From an uncultured delta proteobacterium (GTDB lineage Bacteria; Myxococcota_A; Polyangia; Polyangiales; Polyangiaceae): a stretch of DNA of 42,473 bases. A program made the position numbers and the translations under genes. This document shows, one piece after another, positions 19,791 to 32,171 of this stretch. Each line of letters opens with the position of its first letter. Positions within the stretch are counted from its first letter, which is position 1. Under the pieces are notes generated by a model. It ran no database searches and had not been told where the DNA came from. It saw nothing but the letters and a program-made list of their open reading frames with translations. Location: the NCBI GenBank assembly GCA_963716725.1, contig CAVQUB010000029.1, forward strand, positions 1-42,473, given 5' to 3'.

Positions 19791-22700
19791 ATGGATCTAG
19801 AGCAGCGACTGAACCACCTCGAGCGTCATCACGATTGGGCGGGCCTCGCCGAAGCGATCGAGCAAGCCATCGCGGGCGCTCAGGACCCCGCCATCAAGGC
19901 GGACCTGCACCTCCGCCTGGGGCGCATCCTGCATTCGCAGTTTCTTCAGAGCGTCAAAGCGCTGAAGCATTTCCAGGACGCCTTCAAGCTGAATCCAGCC
20001 CTGGGCGAAGCGCTGGCGGACGCGCGGCGCATCTACTGGGAACTCGGCAAGCTCAGCATGGTGCAGAAGCTCTTGGAGCTTCAAATCAAGAACTCCAGCG
20101 AGGTGCAGGCGGCGGCGCTCTACCGCGAGCTCGGGGACGTGCTCTGCGATCTCGGCGGACTACGAACGCGCAGCAGACGCCTACGCGCGCGCCATGAGCG
20201 ACAGCCAGAGCGGCGACGTGGGGCAGTTGCTCGACGACGTCATGGTCGGCACCGAAGACTGGCAGGAACGCATCGGCACCGTGCTGCGGGCGGCGCACGA
20301 CAGTGAATCGTCGTCGGGCAAGGCTGAGGCGCTCTTGCGCGCGGCGCGTATCGCTCGGCGCTACGCCCCCGAGGAGGTCGAGGCCATTCTCGGCCGGGCA
20401 TATTCTTCGGATCCCGGCAGCGTCGTGGTGGCGGCGCTCTACGAGGGCATGCTCATCGACGCGAGTCGCACTGACGCCGTCGTGGCCATGCAGCGCGAGG
20501 TGCTCGAGGCGGTCTCCGACACCAAGATGCGTGCGGACTTGGCGTTCCGCTTCGGAGCGCGTTGGGCGCTCCGGCATCAGAACTTCGAGCCGGCCATCGC
20601 CCTCCTCGATGAGGCGCTAGGGCTCGACCCCAGCCACGAGGCTGCGTTCGCGTTCTACCGAGACTTGCACGGCACCCGCGACGGGCAGTGGGCGCAGGTC
20701 GCAGCCAAGGCCGAGGAGCTCTCGGAGCGAGTTGCGGATCGCCAAGAGCGCGCGTACTTTGTTGGCGCAGGCCGGCCTCGTGACCTGGCGCGAGATCGGC
20801 GATCTGATTCGGGCGCGAGGCTGCTTCGAGCGGCTGGCCGCTGTCGAGTCCGAGCATCCGGCGCTGGCGGCCTTCGAGGCGCAGATCGGCGAAAAGATCG
20901 TGGGCGGCGCGACTGCGAGTCCCGCGCCCGAGCCGACGCCGGCGTCCGTCGAGTCCGCCTCGACGCGCCCGACTCCGGGCGACGACGGCGAAGCCGCGGC
21001 TCCGGCATCGGCTCCCGCCGCATCGGCTCCCGCCGCATCGGCTCCCGCCGCATCGGCTCCCGCCGCATCGACCGGTGGCGGTGACGAAGCGAAAATCGAG
21101 CAGCTTCGGGCGCAGCTGGACGAGCAAGAAGCTCACAAGAAGTACCACGAGTACGTCAAGACGCTCGTTGCCGCTCGGTGACGAGGTCACCGAGCCCGAG
21201 GAGCAGAGTCGACCTCTATCTGAGGGCCGCCGACCTCTACGTGAACAAGTTCGCCAATCAGGCCGAGGCCGTGACGTACCTACGAGCGGTCATTGGAAGT
21301 CGAGCCGGCCAACCCTGGCGCCATCGACTACCTGCGCCAGATGTACGAGAAGCGTCGCGACTGGGAGAAGCTCATCGAGCTCAAGACGAACGAGGCCAGT
21401 CAGTACGAGGCACGGCCCCGTCCGCAGCGCTGCATTCAAAGAGATCGCGCAGCTCGCCACCGAGCGCGTCAAGAAGCCGGAGGTCTGCATCGATCTCTGG
21501 GTCGTCGTGCTCGACAACGACCGCCGAAGACGCGGACGCCATCGAGGCGCTCGGCGCAGCTCTACGAGCGCGCGCGGGACTACGAGAAGCTCGCCGACGT
21601 CCTCGAGAAGCAGGCTCAGGTCACCTACGACACACGGCCGAAGATCGCCGATCCTGAACAAGCTCGGCCAGGTCTGCGGCGATCGTCTGAAGGACGACGA
21701 GCGCGCGGTCGAGGCGTACCGCGCAGCTGCTCGCGCATCCAGCCCGACGATCGACGCGCGCAGGAGCAGCTCAAGAAGCGCTACGTCACGCTCGGTCGCT
21801 GGGACGATCTCGAGGTCTTCTACGCCGAGAGCGGCAAGTGGGACGAGTTCATCCGCGTCCTCGAGAGCAACGAGGCGAAGGCCGAGACCAACGAGCAGCG
21901 CATCGGCATGCTGCTCAAGATCGCCGAGCTGTGGATGACGCAGAAGGGCAAGCCCGACCGCGCGGCGCGGGCCTACGAGAAGGTGCTCGAGCTCGAGCCG
22001 ACGCACCTGGCGGCAGCCGAGCGCCTCATCCCGATCTACACCGCAGGCCAACAACGCCAAGGGTCTCGCCAGCGCGATCGAGGTCAAGCTCGGGCACGTC
22101 GAAGAGCCCGGCGAGCGGCTCGAGCTCCTGCGCGAGGTCGCCGCGCTCTACGAGACCCGCATCAACGACAAGGCGAAGGCCTTCGAGCGATTCTTGTCCG
22201 CGTTCGAGCTCGCCCCGCACGACGACCAGAGCCAGGCGGACGTCGAGCGCGCGGCGCACTCAGACCGGGGGGTGGGACGACGTCGTGGCCGCCTATCGCG
22301 CCGCGGAGGAACGCGCGGACCAGGAAGGGAACGCCACCGCCGGCAACATGCTCCGCCTGAGGCTCGGGCGGATCTTGGTGGATGAGGTCGGCCGGATCGA
22401 CGACGCGCTGGTCGAGTACCGGGCGGTGTACGAGAGCGAGCCTGAGAACGTCGAGGCGCTCGAAGCCGCTCGAGAAGCTCTACCGTCAGACCGAAGCGCT
22501 GGAAGGACCTGCTCGAGGTCTACGCGAAGAAGCGCGATCTCGCCTACGACACCGAGACCCGCAAGCCCATCCTCTACGAAATTGCCCGCTTGCACCAAGG
22601 CCAGCTCGGCGATTCGGAGTCGGCCATCGCCACCTATCGAGCGGTGCTCGAGGACGATCCGGCCGACGGAGTGGCGCTCGAAGCGCTCGATCGGCTCTTC

Positions 22701-25700
22701 CTCGAGACCTCGGCGTGGGACGCCTACGCCGACGTGCTCCGGCGGCGCATCGATCTCGACGTGTCCGAGGCAGAACTCGTCGACCTCAAGTTCCGGCTGG
22801 CGCAGACGCAGCACCAGCACCTCGGGGACGCGGCCAGCGCCCTGACCAACTACCGTGAGATCTTGTTCATCAATCAGGACCACGAGGGCGCTCGGCTCGC
22901 CCTCGAAGGAATGCTCGGCGAGGAGGAGCAGCGGGCAGAAGCCGCAGCCATCCTCGAGACCATCTACGAGGCCCGGGAAGACTGGGAGAAGCTGGTGGGG
23001 GCCCTCGAGATCCTCGCTGTGGCTGATCCAGAGCCCGAGCGGCGGGTCGCACTCTTGCGGAAGATCGCCTCGGTTGCCGCAAACCAGCTGAGTGCTCTCG
23101 ACCGCGCCATCGATGCTCAAGCCCGCGCTCTCAAGCAGGACCCGGCGCTCGCGGACACCCGCTTCGAGCTCGAGCAACTCGCTGAGCAGTCCGGCGCGTG
23201 GGGCGAGGTGATCCGCATCTACCAGGAGGTCGCAGCCTCGCTCGACGACGCCGTTCTCGCCCGCGACTACTGGATGCGCCTGGCTTCGATCCAGGAGCAG
23301 CTCCAGCTCGTCGCTGACGCGGCTCAGAGCTACGACAAAGTGCTCGCCCTCGACCCGGCTGACTCTGACGCGCTCGCCGCCATGGACGCCCTCTATCGCG
23401 GCACGGGGCACTGGGAAGAGCTCGTCGGCGTGTTCCGCCGGCGAATCGACTTGGCGCAGGACGGCGCCGAGACGCGAGTCGCTCTACGCGCAGATGGCCC
23501 AGGTCTACGAGGAGAAGTTGGGCAAGCCGGCGGAGGCGATTGCTGCCTACCGCGAGGTGCTGGCCCTCGACTCCGCGAGCGCTGTCGCGCTGACGGCGCT
23601 GGACGGCCTCTTCACGCGTCAAAGCGTGTGGGCGGAGCTGGCGGAGAACCTCGAAACGCAGCTGAACCTCGCCGCCGATGACACGACTCAGCTCTCCTTG
23701 ATGCTCCGCCTCGCTGCTCTGCGCGAAGCGCAAATGAACGATGTCGAAGCGGCCATCGATGGCTACCGACAGGTGCTCGAGCGCGAGCCGACCAACGATC
23801 CGGCGCTCAGGCCCTCGAGCGCTTGGGCCAGACTCCCGAGCACGAGCTCACGATCGCGGAAATCCTGGAGCCGCTGTATCGTCAGCAAGGTGACTTCCAG
23901 AAGCTCATCGGCGTGCACGAGGTGCAGGTTCGGCGCGCGGAGGACGCCGCACGGAAGGTCGAGTTGCTCCACCAGAGTCGCCGAGCTCCACGAGGATGCA
24001 GCGGGCGACCTGAACGCGGCCTTCGACACCTTGGCGCGGGCGCTTGCGGCGGATCCTGCCCACGAAGCGACCCAGGCTGGCATCGATCGACTGGCGCGCG
24101 CGACGGGGCGCTTCCAGGATCTGGCGCAGGTGTTCGAGACAGCTCGCCGCGACGCAGAGCGATCCCGAGCTCGGGAGCCAGCTCTACACCTTTGCCGCGC
24201 GCGTGTTCGAGAACGACGTGGGCAACGTCGATCGTGCGATCGAGCTCTACCGTCAGGTGCTCAAGATCGACCCGATGAACCTGGCCGCGGCCGAGTCGCT
24301 TCAGACCCTGTTCCAGTCCACCGAGCGGTACGCCGACATGGCGCTGATCCTCCAGCGCAAGGCCACGATCCTCGAAGACACCGAGGATCAGAAGGCCGCG
24401 CTGTACCAGGCAGCGGCCATCGAAGAGGAAGTGCTCGAGCGCAAAGAGGCGGCGATCAACGTCTACCTGAAGGTGCTCGAGATCGACGCCGAGGATCTGA
24501 AGAGCATCGACGCGCTGATCAGCCTCTATCTCGGGCTCTCACGCTGGGAAGACCTGCTCGGCGTCTACGCCAAGAAGGTCGACCTGGTCCTCGACACCGA
24601 GGAGAAGAAGCTGATCTTCTACCAGGTCGGTGCCGTCTACGAGCGTGAGCTCAGCGACGTGAGCCGCGCCATCGACACCTATCAGAAGGTGCTCGAGCTC
24701 GATCCGGACGATTTCACCGCGCTCGGGCGTCTCGACGTGCTGTACCAGACGGCCCAGAACTGGCCTGAACTCCTGAGTGTCCTGCAGCACGAGTCCGAGC
24801 TCACCCAGGATCCCGCCGAGGCGGTCAGCTTCCAGTACCGGATCGCCGAGCTGTACGAGAAGCACCTCGCCGACGTGGAGCGCGCGGTCGAGCTCTACCG
24901 GGACATCCTCGGCATTCAGCCGGACCACCAGCCGACGTTGACTGCGCTGGAGGGCATCAAGGACGGCGATCGATCGGCGCTGGCGGCGGCTGGGGTACTC
25001 GAGCCGGTTTACGACGCCATGGGCGAGTGGCAGCGCCTCGTGAGCGTGCTCGAGGTCCAGGTTCGTCACGCCGAGGAGCCGTACTCGAAGGTCGAGCTGC
25101 TCCATCGAATTGCGCGCCTGTACGAGGAGAGCCTCAACGATCCGAGCAGCGCATTCTCGACCTACGCGCGAGCCGTGCAGGGCGACATCGCAGAACGAAG
25201 AGTCGCTGGCTTCCCTCGAACGACTGGCGAACCTGATCGAGAAGTGGCCGGCCGTGGCTGAACTCTACGATGCGGAGCTGGACAAGCTCGGTGAGGAGCC
25301 GGAGCGCGTCGTGGAGCTCGGGCTTCGAGTGGCGCAGGTCTACGAGGTTCAGCTCGAGAGCCTGGACAACGCGGTCGCGCGCTACCGTCGGGTACTCGAC
25401 GCTGACGTCGAAAACCAGAGCGCCGTGCGTGCTCTCGACCGCCTGTTTTCCCAGAGCGAGCGCTGGGCGGAGCTGACCGAGGTCCTCAAGCGTGAGGCTG
25501 ACATCGGGCAGAGCCCGGACGAAATCCTCGAGTTCAAGTTCCGGCTGGGCCAGGTCTACCAGCTGCGGCTCGGCGACGTGGATCGAGCCATCGATGCCTA
25601 TCGCGAGGTCATCAACGCGGCCCCCGAGCACGCCGACACGTTGGCGGCCCTCGAAGGACTCTTCGAATCCGGGGTCAAGCAGCTGGAGATCGCCGAGATC

Positions 25701-28700
25701 CTCGAGCCGCTCTACCAGCAGGCCGGCGAGTGGGAGAAGCTGATCCGCGTTCGCGAGGCGGAGCTCATTCACATCACCGATGCCGATCAACGCATCGCGA
25801 TGTACCACCGCATCGCCGAGGACGCCGAGGAGCGCCTGATGGATCCCGTGCGCGCCTTCGAAGTTCACGTTCGCGCGATCAGGGAGCGGCCGCTCGAGGA
25901 GCGGACCGGCGAGGAGAGTCGAGCGCCTCGCGGGCATGATCGACGGAGGCTGGGAACAGCTCGCGAACGCCTACGCTGACGTGCTCGGCATCGAGGGCAA
26001 CGACGCGGCGACACAAGCCTCGATCGGGAAGCGACTGGCCCGAGTCTTCGAGGAAGAGTTGGCCGACGTGGCCAAGGCCGAAGAGACCTACCGATACGTG
26101 CTGACCGTCGTGCCGTCGGAGGTGGAGGCGCTGGCAAACCTCGATCGGATCTACTCGCTGCTCGAGCAGTGGCCCGAGCTCGCCGGAGTCCTCGAGCAGC
26201 GAGCCGAGGCTGCCGAAGACGCTCGCGACAAGGTCGAGCTCAACAGTCGCTTGGGTCAGGTATACGAGGAGCAGCTCGGGCAGGTCACCGACGCGATCCG
26301 AGCCTTCCGCCGGATCTTCGACCAACTCGAGCCCGCCAACGAGGACGCAATTGCGGCCCTCGGGCGCATCTACGAACAGACGGAGCAGTGGGTGGAGCTC
26401 GACGGGGTCTACCGTCGGGAGCTCGACAACTCGGCGGGCGACGTCCAGGAGGCCGAGATCCGCGCGAAGATGGCGGCCCTCGCCTCGGCTCGATTGGGCA
26501 AGGTCGAGGAAGCCATCGAGGGTTGGAAGCGTGTGCTGGACCTTCGCGGTGAGGATCCGGAGGCCCTCTGGGCCCTGGCGGGCCTCTACGAGCAGCAAGG
26601 CAAGTGGGCCGAGCTCACGGACATGCTCGAACGGCACTTCGACATCGCGGAGAGCGACGAAGACAGGGTGAACATCCTGACGCGTCGGGCGCGGTTGTTC
26701 TCCGAGCAACTCGAGCGCGACGATGAGGCGCTCGAGACCTGGCAGCGGGTTCTCGACATCGATTTTTCGAACGTGGCGTCATTGCGCGCCATCGCGCAGA
26801 TCTGGCGCGTCCGGCAAGATCCGCGGGAGCTGGTGGCAGCGCTGCACGCATCGATCGATCGCGCGGCGGCGCTCCTGGACCCGACGGAGCTCGTCGCCAT
26901 CTATCGCGAGCTCGGTAAGACCTACGGGCAGGTGCTCGAGCAACCCTTCGAGTCCGCGGAGGCGTGGCGCAACCTGCTCGAGGTCGATCCCAACGACTTC
27001 GAGGCGATGGCCGAGCTCGAACGCGTCTATCGCGCCGAGGAGCGCTGGCCCGAGGTGGTCGAGGTCAAGCTGCGACGCGCCGAGGCGCTCGAAGAGCCGA
27101 CGGAGAGGATCCGTGAGCTGCTCGAGGTGACGCAGATCTGGAAGAAAGAGGTCAGCGACTACGACAAGGCGACGCCTGCGTTCGAGCGCGTGCTCAGCAT
27201 CGAGCCCACGCACGACGAAGCGTTCGAGTCCCTGGAGCGCCTCCACACCGCGGCGGCACGCTGGGAGCAGCTGGTCGAAATTTACCTGAATCGCCTCGAG
27301 ACGCGGGAGGCGACCGAAGAAAAGAACGATCTCCTTCGGCGTATCGCCCGCATCTTCGAAGACAAACTCGACGACAAGAACCAAGCCTTCGATGCCTTGG
27401 TCAACGCCTTCGCCGAGGATTACGGCGACGACGAGAGCGTGCGCTACCTCGAGAAGATGGCGGCGGGCACCGGGCGGTGGGGCGAGCTGATCAACACCGC
27501 CAACGCCTGGCTGAAAGAGGAAGAGGACGCGCGGCGCAAGATCGACCTCTGCCTTCGCCTCGGCAAGTGGTACGGCGAGGACCTCGGGCACCCCGAATAT
27601 GCTCAGCCGTATTACGCGCAGGTCATGCAGCTCGACCCGAACAACGTTCAGGTCCTGCGACAGATGTCCGCCATCTATCGGCTCGGGGCGCAGTGGCAGA
27701 AGATGGGCGAGACGCTGACCCGTGCCCTCGACGTAGCCGTCGCCAACGACGACAAGAAGGTGATTCTGTGTGACCTCGGCGATCTGCTCGAGAAGCACAT
27801 GAACCAGGCGGATCAGGGCATCACGTTCTATCGCCGTGCGCTCGACGTCGATCCGCTCTACCTCCCGGGGCTCGAGGCGCTCGAGCGCATCTACGACGAA
27901 CGGGGAAACCACGCGGATTTGGTGCAGATCCTCACCAGCAAGGTGCGCGCCCTCACGGACACCGACCAGATCGCGCAGCACAAGATGCGCCTCGGCGGTC
28001 TGTACGAGACGGCGCTCGGCGACTTCGAGCGCGGCGGCAAGGTCTACCGCGAGGTCCTCGAGCTCGACGGCAGCAACATCTTTGCTCTCCGAGGACTCGA
28101 ACGCATCTACCAGGCGCTCCAGGCTTGGCCGGACATGGTGGACATCCTCGAGCGGCAGCTCGACGTGGTGGAGACCGAACGCGAGCGCGTGGACGTCCTG
28201 CTCAAGCTCGCGCAGATCCAAGAGGAGCAATTCCTCAAGGCGGACATTGCGGCGCAACGACTGGAACAGGCCGTGGAGATCGATGCGAGCTGCGAGCCCG
28301 CCTACATCAGCCTAGAGCGCTGTTACCGGCGCCTGAAGCAGTGGCTCGATCTGATCAACACCTTCGAACGGCACATCAGCGAAGCGGCTGATCAGTCCAC
28401 CAAGATCGAACTCTACGCCCAGATGGCCGAGGTGTACGCGCAGGAGGTCGGCGACGTCGACCGCGCCATCGACGCCTATCAGAACATCGTCGATCTGGAC
28501 GAGAACAACATCGAAGCGCTCGACGCGCTCTCCAAGCTCTACGAGAAGCAGGGTGATGCGGCGCGGGCCATCGAGTCGATGACGCGGGTGGCCGATCTCA
28601 CGACGGACGGCACGCAGCGCGTCGAGATGTACTTCCGCATCGGCAAGGCACTGGACGAAAAGCTCAGCGACCGTTCGCAGGCCCAAGAGCGCTTCGAGAT

Positions 28701-31119
28701 GGCTCTCGATCTCGATCCGACCCATCTGCCGACGCTGGCGGCGCTTCGGATCATCGCTGTCGACGAACAGGACTGGGACCGAGCAGCCCGCTACTTGGAG
28801 CAAGAGCAGCTCACCACGCAGGCGCCGCGCGCCCGCGCCAAGCTGTTGGTCGAACTTGGCAAGCTCCGCGACGAGATGCTGAACGAGCACGAGCAGGCGG
28901 TGCTGGCTTACGAGCTCGCGATGCAGTGCGACCAGGACTGTGAAGAGGCGGCGCTACCGCTCCTTCAAGAGTACATCGGTGTCCAGCGCTGGTCGGATGC
29001 AGAGCCGCTGGCCGAGATGCTGGTCAAGAAGTCGAAGAACCACGAGCGCCACGAGCAGCACATGCTGCACAAGCTGCTCGGGACGGTGCATGCCGCGCTC
29101 GGCAACCACGATCGCGCACTCAAGGCGTACCAGACAGCCAACCACCTCGACCTCACGGATCAGGAGGCCATCCGCGGAATCGCCGATGCGGGGTACGAGC
29201 TGAAGGATTGGCCGACCGCCCTCACCAACTACCAGAAGGTGCTGACCGCGCTCGGGGAAGACGACGTCGATCATCGCACCGACGTCTACTACCGCCTGGG
29301 CTGCATCAAGCGAGAGCAGAACCAAGCCAAGCAGGCCATCAACAACTTCGAGAAGGCGCTGGCGCTGAACGGGGAGCACCGGCTCACGCTCGAAGCTCTG
29401 ATCGACATCTACGCGCAGGCCAACGACTGGAAGCAAGTCGCCGCCTACAAGCGGCAGGTGCTCGACAGCGTTTACGACGGAGAGGAGCGCTACTCGCTCC
29501 TCAACGAAATCGGCGATTTGTGGGCTGAGAAGGAGAAGAACCCCCAGAAGGCCCTGGAGGCTCTGGAAGAGGCGCACGACCTCAAGCCGATGGACCACGT
29601 GCTGCTGCACAAGCTTCTACAGCTCTACGGCGAGGCCACCGAGTGGCAGAAGATGATCGATACGCTGCACTCGATCTCATCCATCGAGGAGAAGCCCGAA
29701 ATCAAGAGCCGCTACTCCTACACGATGGCTCAGATCTACCGCGACAAGCTCAACGACTTGGATCGTTCGGTGGAGCTGTTCAACGAGGCGCTCGACCTGA
29801 ATCCCGGGTACTTGCAGGCCTTTGAGCGCATCAACAAGATCCTGACGCAGGAAAAGAACTGGAAGCAGCTCGAGCGGTCCTACCGCAAAATGCTGCACCG
29901 CATCGCCGGCAAGGGAAATGGCGACCTCGAGCACACGCTGTGGCACCAGCTCGGGTTGATCTACCGCGACCGGCTGCAGCGCGCGGACGAAGCCATCGAG
30001 GCGTTCAAGATGGCGTCGACCATCAAGCCCGACGACGTCATCCAACAGCAGATCCTTGCCGAGCTCTACGAGGTCAACGAGCGCTTCGACGAGGCCATCG
30101 CTTCACAACGTAAGATCCTCGAGACCGATCCGCTCAAGGTCGATCCCTACCGTTCCCTCTACCGTCTCTACCTGCAGAAGCATTCCTACGACGAAGCCTG
30201 GTGCATCGCCGCAGCCATGGCCTTCATGAAGAAGATCGATGGTGAAGAGAAGCAGTTCTTCGAAGATTACCGGCCGCAGGGCATGCTGCCGGTCAAGGGC
30301 CGGCTGAGCAACGAGCACTGGGTCAGGTTCCTCTTCCACCCCGACGAGAACATTTACGTCTCGAAGGTGATGGAGATGATCGCCCCGGCCGCGCTCCAGG
30401 CGAAGATCGCCCAGCTGCAGGCCCAGGGAAAGCTGCCGACCCTCGACAAGCGCTTCAAGCAAGATCCGGCGACATCGACGGTGACCTTCGCGAAGACCTT
30501 TGGGTGGGCCGCTCAGGTCCTGGGCATCCCGTCGCCAGAGCTCTATGTCCGGAACGACGTTCCGGGATCGATCGTGGCGGTGCCCGCCGTTCCCCCCGCA
30601 TCCCTCGCCGGCCAGACGGTCCTCACGGGGTTCCAGCCGCAAGAGCTCACCTTCATCTGCGGCAAGCACCTCTCGTACTACCGGGGTGAGCACTACATCC
30701 GTACCCTGTTCCCGACGCAGGCGGAGCTCACCATCATGCTCTTCGCGGGAGTGATGATCGCGGCGCCCAACACGCCAATGCCTGCCGACCTGCAAGCTCA
30801 GATCCGCGCAACGGCGCAAGAGCTCGCGAAGTACATGCAACCGGTTCAGCTCGAGGGCCTGCGCATTGTCGTGAAGAAGTTCATCGACGAGGGCGCCAAG
30901 GCCAACATCAAGCGCTGGAACCAGGCCGTCGAGCAGACGGCGTGCCGCGCGGGCCTCTTGGTCTGCGCTGACCTCGAGATCGCCAAGAAGATCATCGGCG
31001 CCGAGCCCACGTTGCCCGGAGATCTCACGCCTCAGGAGAAGATCAAAGATCTGCTGCTGTTCAGCGTGAGCGAGAGCTACTCGCAGCTCCGCAAGGCGCT
31101 CGGTATCGCCGTGGGCTGA
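19791..31119 (+). CDS. Giant TPR-repeat protein (~3,770 aa), GltI/AgmK-like; many apparent frameshifts between 20160 and 25930
   Basis: GAGGAAG RBS. The same ~100-aa helical repeat (AI.AY..VL..DP....AL.AL..LY....W..L..V) continues across consecutive + strand ORF fragments, with an intact last 1,727 aa. No signal peptide; downstream of gltG. Confidence 0.8.
21011..21070 (+). repeat. In-frame 15-bp tandem repeat GCTCCCGCCGCATCG (APAAS), 4 copies
   Basis: Read directly; forms a linker within the giant TPR gene. Confidence 0.93.
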
Positions 31120-31121
31120 CC

Positions 31122-31216
31122 GGCCGCGTTTTCGGCCAGCGGCGGCGCCGCCGAAGGTCGGGGCGCGCCAGCGGCGGCGTTACGGTCGCCAGCACGGCTG
31201 GGCCGAGAACGCGGCC
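31122..31216. repeat. 16-bp imperfect inverted repeat between convergent genes
   Basis: GGCCGCGTTTTCGGCC (31122-31137) and GGCCGAGAACGCGGCC (31201-31216), one mismatch. Confidence 0.65.
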
Positions 31217-31277
31217 TCGGGGGGCGGACGGGCTGGGCCGCGAGCCACCGGCCCGTCGAGCGCGTGGCGCGCGTGGG

Positions 31278-32021
31278 CTACTTGCCAGGAAGATCGAGCG
31301 TGACGCGCAGCCCGCTCGACAAGTGCCAGTGCGCACGAGCGCTGCCCATGTCGCCCGAAGAGCGACTCGAGTAGTAGCCCATGTCGAGCTCCAAGTACGG
31401 ACCGAAGCCGACCTTGTCGAAGGCGTACCAGTCGCCGCCGACCGCGAGTCGGAGCCACTCGATGCCCGAGTAGGTCACGTCGTCACCAACTCCGGAAATC
31501 GTGGTTGTGCGGTAGCCGAGGCCCGCGAGCATCCAGGGGTCGAAGCGAAAGCCCTGCACCAGGTGGTAGCGGACGAAGGCGCCGACGGCCATGCTCTTGG
31601 TCTTGCAGTCGCCGCACGAGTCGGGCTTGCCGAGCGCGAGGAACTGGCCGAAGGCGCCCACGGCAAGCGTACGGCTGACGCCGTAGGAAGCGTCGAGGCC
31701 GAAGGCCCAGCCGGAGCTCATGGCGTCGCTCTGCGGCAGATCCGCCTCGAGCGATCCGAAGGGAACCGCGACGCCCGCGAGGGGTGAGAGCTGGAGGTGG
31801 CCGGTCAGGGCGTCCGGGGCTGGGAGCACCAGCGGGGGCTCAGGTCCGTCTTCGTCGGGCGGCTCAGTCGGCGCAGGCTGGGGCTTGGGCTCGGTGCCCT
31901 CGCCGGGAGCCGGCTCCGAAAGCTCCTCTTCGCCCGAATCGTTGTGGGGTTCCTGCGCGCTTGCCGCGAGCGGGAACAGCCCGAGACCGGCACACAGCGC
32001 GACTGGCCAGAACCTCGACAT
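31278..32021 (-). CDS. Small outer-membrane beta-barrel protein
   Basis: Signal peptide ending ASA-Q, Pro/Glu linker, about 8 amphipathic strands (FDPWMLAGLGY, GFGPYLELDMG, GLRVTLDL). Confidence 0.78.
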   Translation of the reverse strand: MSRFWPVALCAGLGLFPLAASAQEPHNDSGEEELSEPAPGEGTEPKPQPAPTEPPDEDGPEPPLVLPAPDALTGHLQLSPLAGVAVPFGSLEADLPQSDAMSSGWAFGLDASYGVSRTLAVGAFGQFLALGKPDSCGDCKTKSMAVGAFVRYHLVQGFRFDPWMLAGLGYRTTTISGVGDDVTYSGIEWLRLAVGGDWYAFDKVGFGPYLELDMGYYSSRSSGDMGSARAHWHLSSGLRVTLDLPGK

Positions 32022-32171
32022 GGGCGCCTTGTTAGCACGGTGGCGCCGGGCCTGGACAGCCCCTCAAGGCCCGGCCCCACGCGGGCACGACTTCGCCGTG
32101 CTGGAGGAGCAGGTCAAAAATACGATTTTGGACAGCTCGTCAGTGGTCGCTGAGCCGAAGCCGGCGCACTT

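Noticed and set aside
19791..25979. Series of separate small TPR genes, or programmed frameshifting
   Set aside because: The fragments join mid-repeat without RBSs or slippery heptamers, and the same breakage affects uvrA.
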